DNA from: a virus
Length of the DNA stretch: 45,840 bases
Strand: one strand, 5' to 3'
Virus record (IMG/VR): IMGVR_UViG_2545824543_000001
Below are positions 42,995-45,840 of this stretch, one piece after another (within the stretch, counting starts at the first letter, position 1; each line of letters starts with the position of its first letter). The notes beneath the pieces were generated by a model. That model ran no database searches. It was not told where the DNA came from and saw only the letters and a program-made list of their open reading frames with translations. The position numbers and the translations under genes are program-made.

Positions 42995-43167
42995 GCGAGC
43001 CACTTAAGCCATGCCCGTTCTGTGAGCCTTTATATTCGGACCCCGTTCTTGTGACCGGAAGCCCAGGCAATTCCTTCGTAATGTGTAGAGGCTGCAATTG
43101 CGCGACGGATGATGGCACGGCGGAACGCGTTGTCGGGCTTTGGAATCAGCGAAATGGGCAGCAATGA
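42991..43167 (+). CDS. Lar-family-like restriction alleviation zinc-ribbon protein (58 aa, not in the ORF track)
   Basis: Hand translation: MSEPLKPCPFCEPLYSDPVLVTGSPGNSFVMCRGCNCATDDGTAERVVGLWNQRNGQQ. It shows the CPFC...C..C...A...WN.R pattern. ATGA overlaps at both ends. Confidence 0.6.
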   Translation: MSEPLKPCPFCEPLYSDPVLVTGSPGNSFVMCRGCNCATDDGTAERVVGLWNQRNGQQ

Positions 43168-43409
43168 CCGAACTCGAAATGAAGCTGGCGTCGGCCCTGC
43201 TGTACGCGAAGGGGAAACTTAAGCTGTACCGAGGAGCGCACATCGGCGAATATATCGGCGGCGTTGAATACGCAGAGCTTATGCGGATCATCGACGACGC
43301 ACTCGACGCGACCAAGAAGAAGCCAGCGCCGGAAGCAGAAGGGATAATGACCCAACCCCGCCGCTATGACCCGCTCAGCCGCGAATACGACGACGAGATA
43401 CCCGATTGA
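43164..43409 (+). CDS. Hypothetical protein
   Basis: The ATG at 43164 overlaps the Lar-like stop as ATGA. The ORF-track start at 43140 is less likely. Confidence 0.5.
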   Translation: MTELEMKLASALLYAKGKLKLYRGAHIGEYIGGVEYAELMRIIDDALDATKKKPAPEAEGIMTQPRRYDPLSREYDDEIPD

Positions 43410-43416
43410 CGACCGA

Positions 43417-43447
43417 GCCCGGCGAACCATTGCCGGGCTTTTTATTT
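43417..43447 (+). terminator. Rho-independent terminator
   Basis: GCCCGGC-GAACCATT-GCCGGGC followed by TTTTTATTT. Confidence 0.8.
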
Positions 43448-43454
43448 GCCCCCA

Positions 43455-43500
43455 TTGACGACTATTGCGCTCTGATGTTATGTGTTGTGGAAATCGCAAC
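43455..43500 (+). promoter_or_regulatory. Promoter plus operator of the right-end cassette
   Basis: TTGACG (43455-43460), 18 nt, TATGTG (43479-43484), then the dyad GTTGTGGAAATCGCAAC (43484-43500). Its layout closely parallels 8124-8168. Confidence 0.55.
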
Positions 43501-43513
43501 ACAGAGCCGCAAC

Positions 43514-43873
43514 ATGAAAAAGAAATTCCCAACCATCGAGGTCAAATCCGCCACCGGCGGCAAGGTCTTCATTACTTGGCGCGATGTGAAAGCCAACCGC
43601 CGCTATCACATCTGGTTCAGCCGCGACCAACTCGATCACGTTTTTTATTCGAACTGGATCGATCCGCAGGGCAAGAGCCGAGGCCGAACGCACAAGCGCC
43701 TAAAGGCGAGCGCGAAGAAATGGGCACCATTCATGGCCCACATTCGCGCCGTGCTCGCGGCCCGGCAGATTTCCGAAGCCCGAGCGGCTTTCAATCTCAA
43801 ACATGATTCAGCACGCGCCGCCGCGTTCAAATTGCTGCCGCGCATCCCGACCGCTGAACTCAGGCCCTACTGA
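43514..43873 (+). CDS. Hypothetical basic protein
   Basis: The ATG at 43514 lies downstream of the terminator and promoter. The ORF-track start at 43406 would span the terminator. Confidence 0.55.
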   Translation: MKKKFPTIEVKSATGGKVFITWRDVKANRRYHIWFSRDQLDHVFYSNWIDPQGKSRGRTHKRLKASAKKWAPFMAHIRAVLAARQISEARAAFNLKHDSARAAAFKLLPRIPTAELRPY

Positions 43874-43892
43874 CACCAGGAGGCAATGCACA

Positions 43893-44129
43893 ATGTACGG
43901 CACCACTTGCACCATCGAGCGCGACGGCGAGCAGATCGAGGTCGAAGTCGAATATTCTCTGACGCCATACTACCCGGCCCAGACCTACGGCCCCGCAGAG
44001 AATTGCTACCCGGCAGAGGGCGGCGAGATCGACGAGCTTACCGCCTACCTCGACGGGGAGAAGTTCGAACTGACCCCCGTCGAAATGCAAGCCGTCGAAA
44101 AGCGCATCTATGAAATCGACCTTTGGTGA
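43893..44129 (+). CDS. Hypothetical acidic protein
   Basis: The ATG at 43893 is preceded by AGGAGG. 78 aa. Confidence 0.6.
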   Translation: MYGTTCTIERDGEQIEVEVEYSLTPYYPAQTYGPAENCYPAEGGEIDELTAYLDGEKFELTPVEMQAVEKRIYEIDLW

Positions 44130-44133
44130 TGCC

Positions 44134-44400
44134 ATGAACACAGCATTCCTTTTGATGGCTCAATATGAAGGCAAGGCGGTCATTCCGCTTGACGACGTTT
44201 GCCGCGACTACTTCAGCCACCTGACGCCCGCGAAGCTTTCATATAAGGCGACCGCTGGCGAGATCGATTTGCCGATTGTGCGGATCGAGACGAGCCAGAA
44301 GGCCGCGCGCGGCGTTCACCTTCAGGACTTGGCGGCATGGATTGACGCCCGCCGAGCAGCGGCGCAGAAGGAAAACGATCAGTTGCAGGGGAGACGGTAA
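44134..44400 (+). CDS. PrtN-family (pyocin activator-like / excisionase-fold) DNA-binding protein
   Basis: MNTAFLLMAQYEGKAVIPLDDVCRDYFSHLTPAKL...GEIDLPIVRIETSQKAARGVHLQDLAAWID matches my recollection of the PrtN family. Ends in QLQGRR. An alternative start lies at 44110. Confidence 0.65.
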   Translation: MNTAFLLMAQYEGKAVIPLDDVCRDYFSHLTPAKLSYKATAGEIDLPIVRIETSQKAARGVHLQDLAAWIDARRAAAQKENDQLQGRR

Positions 44401-44401
44401 A

Positions 44402-44617
44402 GTGAAGGTTGAAATTCACGGCAACGTGCGCGGCACGCCGGAAGTACGCAAGATATGGGAGGGTGAACTGTCTGCTTTGCCCCGACCAGACGACTACATA
44501 GTTCTAGATGAGGACAAAGCCGCCCTTTCAGTGCGCAATGTCATGATCATCGCGCCAACGAACAAAGCAATAATCAACGTGTGGGCACCCGAAAACGAGT
44601 ACCCTGCGATAGACTAA
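44402..44617 (+). CDS. Hypothetical small protein
   Basis: GTG start in the conserved context TAAAGTGAAGG. 71 aa. The TAA stop is followed in frame by CCQLQGRR-stop. Confidence 0.5.
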   Translation: MKVEIHGNVRGTPEVRKIWEGELSALPRPDDYIVLDEDKAALSVRNVMIIAPTNKAIINVWAPENEYPAID

Positions 44618-44648
44618 TGTTGTCAGCTTCAAGGGAGGCGATGAAGCA

Positions 44649-44873
44649 ATGAGCGAAGAAAAATTCTTTCGATCCCTCGTCTTACAGTCGCTTTGGATCT
44701 TGATCGTTTGCGCGTTCGGCGGCCGACCGAGAGGCAGGGCGGAAGAATTGCGCGGCGAACTTATCCGCTACTTTGATGAGCACGGAAACCAGACCGAGAG
44801 CGCACACGAGTATCGGCGCACGACTACGTTCCCGGCTCTGCCAGCAGAAGACCAGCTTCAAGGGAGGCGCTAA
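44649..44873 (+). CDS. Hypothetical small protein with one hydrophobic segment
   Basis: 74 aa. SLVLQSLWILIVCAFGG. Ends in QLQGRR. Confidence 0.55.
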   Translation: MSEEKFFRSLVLQSLWILIVCAFGGRPRGRAEELRGELIRYFDEHGNQTESAHEYRRTTTFPALPAEDQLQGRR

Positions 44874-45044
44874 ATGCCAGTTATCTACTATTGCGATAGG
44901 TGCGGCACAGAGCACAAGATCACATCTAGGCCGAAGGTAATACCGACCAGGATAACGTGTCGGTGCGGAGTTACATTGACCATAGACGACCCCGAATTGC
45001 GAGAGTTGCCAGAGGCAGAAGAACAGCTTCAAGGGAGGCGATAA
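44874..45044 (+). CDS. Small four-Cys zinc-ribbon protein (56 aa, not in the ORF track)
   Basis: Hand translation: MPVIYYCDRCGTEHKITSRPKVIPTRITCRCGVTLTIDDPELRELPEAEEQLQGRR. The ATG directly follows the upstream TAA. Confidence 0.5.
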   Translation: MPVIYYCDRCGTEHKITSRPKVIPTRITCRCGVTLTIDDPELRELPEAEEQLQGRR

Positions 45045-45045
45045 A

Positions 45046-45354
45046 GTGAAGGAATCGCAAACCTATCCATCCTTAATCGACGCATCCGGGAGCGCGGCGG
45101 AAAGTATTGTCGCTGAAATCCTGAATAAGCAGAACCCGATTTTGGATGACGCTATTTTAGACATGCAAGCGCCGCATCGCTACCTGATCCGCATGGACTT
45201 GCCAGGAGTTGATTGGGGGCAACTCTACAGAGGCGTGCAAATTTCTTATGAGGCAAGGCAGCGCTTCAATGGTCGCAACTGGCGACGGATAAAGCGAGAA
45301 GTGCGAAAGGCCGTAAAAGCAGCGAAGCGCGAACGGCTTCAAGGGAGAAGATGA
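45046..45354 (+). CDS. Truncated paralogue of the major capsid protein N-terminus fused to a basic tail
   Basis: aa 7-67 align to capsid aa 8-71 with 38 of 61 identities by hand (LIDA, VAEILN, QN-ILDDAI, MQA-HR, IR, LP-V-WG-LY-GV). Ends in RLQGRR. GTG start in the TAAAGTGAAGG context. Confidence 0.65.
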   Translation: MKESQTYPSLIDASGSAAESIVAEILNKQNPILDDAILDMQAPHRYLIRMDLPGVDWGQLYRGVQISYEARQRFNGRNWRRIKREVRKAVKAAKRERLQGRR

Positions 45355-45668
45355 TGGACCCAGCCGACCTAAACGACCCCGCGACGGCAGAGGCTTTTGT
45401 GCGCGAGAGCATCGCAGACCTTACCGAGACGATTGCAAAATTTGAAGCAGCCGCCGAACAGAAGATTCAGGGATACCGCAAACGCTTCCCTGCAAATTCA
45501 TCGTTGCTGCTGGATCTCTATCATTCAGTGCGCGAGGAGTTGCGCGAAACGACGGCAGATATGAGGATGCGGCGCAATCTGCTTCTTGGAATTATCGAGC
45601 GCGTCGAGTCGACGAGACGCCACCACGAGCCGATCAGATTAGGGGAACCGATCAGCACCCCCGAGTGA
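45351..45668 (+). CDS. Hypothetical helical protein
   Basis: 105-aa ORF starting at an ATGA overlap. Last gene before the terminator and att-like region. Confidence 0.55.
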   Translation: MMDPADLNDPATAEAFVRESIADLTETIAKFEAAAEQKIQGYRKRFPANSSLLLDLYHSVREELRETTADMRMRRNLLLGIIERVESTRRHHEPIRLGEPISTPE

Positions 45669-45694
45669 CCACATAAGTATTACATGACGAATGA

Positions 45695-45730
45695 AGCCCG
45701 GCTTAACCCATTGCCGGGCTTTTGTTTTTT
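45695..45730 (+). terminator. Rho-independent terminator closing the right-end cassette
   Basis: AGCCCGGC-TTAACCCATT-GCCGGGCT followed by TTTGTTTTTT. Near-duplicate of the terminator at 43417-43447. Confidence 0.85.
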
Positions 45731-45745
45731 CAGAGCGCCGTCCAA

Positions 45746-45840
45746 TCCATCATGGGTGCGATACTGAATCGGTGATGCGCTGAAATCGCTGAATTATTTG
45801 ACATTCCCGATGAAATCCGTTGCGCATGTTGCTGTTAACC
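45746..45840. repeat. Right copy of the exact 95-nt terminal direct repeat
   Basis: Identical to 1-95. Its extent beyond the window edges is unknowable. Confidence 0.95.

Larger units (their letters stand above)
44380..45356 (+). repeat. Five dispersed same-orientation copies of the gene-junction element CAGCTTCAAGGGAGGCG
   Basis: Identical 17-mers at 44624-44640, 44853-44869 and 45024-45040. Diverged copies at 44380-44397 and 45334-45350. Confidence 0.9.
1..45840. mobile_element. Complete temperate phage / prophage unit (about 45,745 bp unique) with podovirus T7-like virion gene order and a BPP-1-like capsid and cement pair
   Basis: Contains integrase, CI/Cro-like switch, replication and recombination genes, terS-terL-portal-scaffold-capsid-tail-internal proteins-fibre-lysis genes. 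Window ends are an exact 95-nt direct repeat. Confidence 0.9.

Noticed and set aside
44682-45032. A 116-aa minus-strand ORF lies opposite the small right-end genes.
   Set aside because: It is antisense to three tightly coupled plus-strand ORFs with conserved junctions, has no RBS, and has Cys/Pro/Leu-rich composition.
44380-45356. The five junction repeats might form a CRISPR array.
   Set aside because: The repeats are 17 nt long and not palindromic. The spacers are 150-300 nt of unequal length and are clearly coding. No cas genes are present.

Overview
The window is one complete temperate phage or prophage unit. About 45,745 bp are unique, and positions 1-95 are identical to 45746-45840. 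All calls come from reading the sequence and ORF track by eye, with hand alignments and no database searches.

Layout:
- Integration: a tyrosine integrase (187-1284) sits next to the repeat and a non-coding att-like region.
- Early operon (minus strand, 7111 down to 1268): Cro-like HTH, SF2 helicase, HNH-like/winged-helix fusion, SSB, dCTP-deaminase-family protein, VRR-NUC nuclease, DnaG-type primase, and a displaced GH19 endolysin.
- Divergent plus-strand unit: a CI-like repressor (7270-7887), then a RecE-like/RecT recombination operon and a SprT-like protease.
- Late operon (minus strand, about 27 kb, 38906 down to 11607), in T7-like gene order: terS, terL, portal, scaffold, BPP-1-like capsid and cement pair, tail tubular A and B, internal virion proteins including a 2759-aa giant protein, a 1006-aa fibre, and holin-like membrane proteins.
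- Replication: a VirE-type primase-helicase (39337-40965).
- Right arm (plus strand, 41280-45668): small genes including a DnaQ-like exonuclease, an untracked Lar-like zinc-ribbon ORF and a PrtN-family protein.

Most interesting observations:
1. The right-end cassette (43455-45730) has five same-orientation junction repeats. These also encode a shared C-terminal QLQGRR tail on successive small proteins.
2. A 102-aa protein in that cassette is a diverged copy of the N-terminal ~65 residues of the phage's own major capsid protein, fused to a basic tail.
3. A GTTGC-N7-GCAAC dyad overlaps the -10/+1 region of four TTGACG promoters.
4. An array of CTGCTACCRG decamers flanks an AT-rich core between the primase-helicase gene and terS.
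5. The giant gp16-position protein carries two HExxH motifs.

I found no tRNA, rRNA, CRISPR array or reverse transcriptase.
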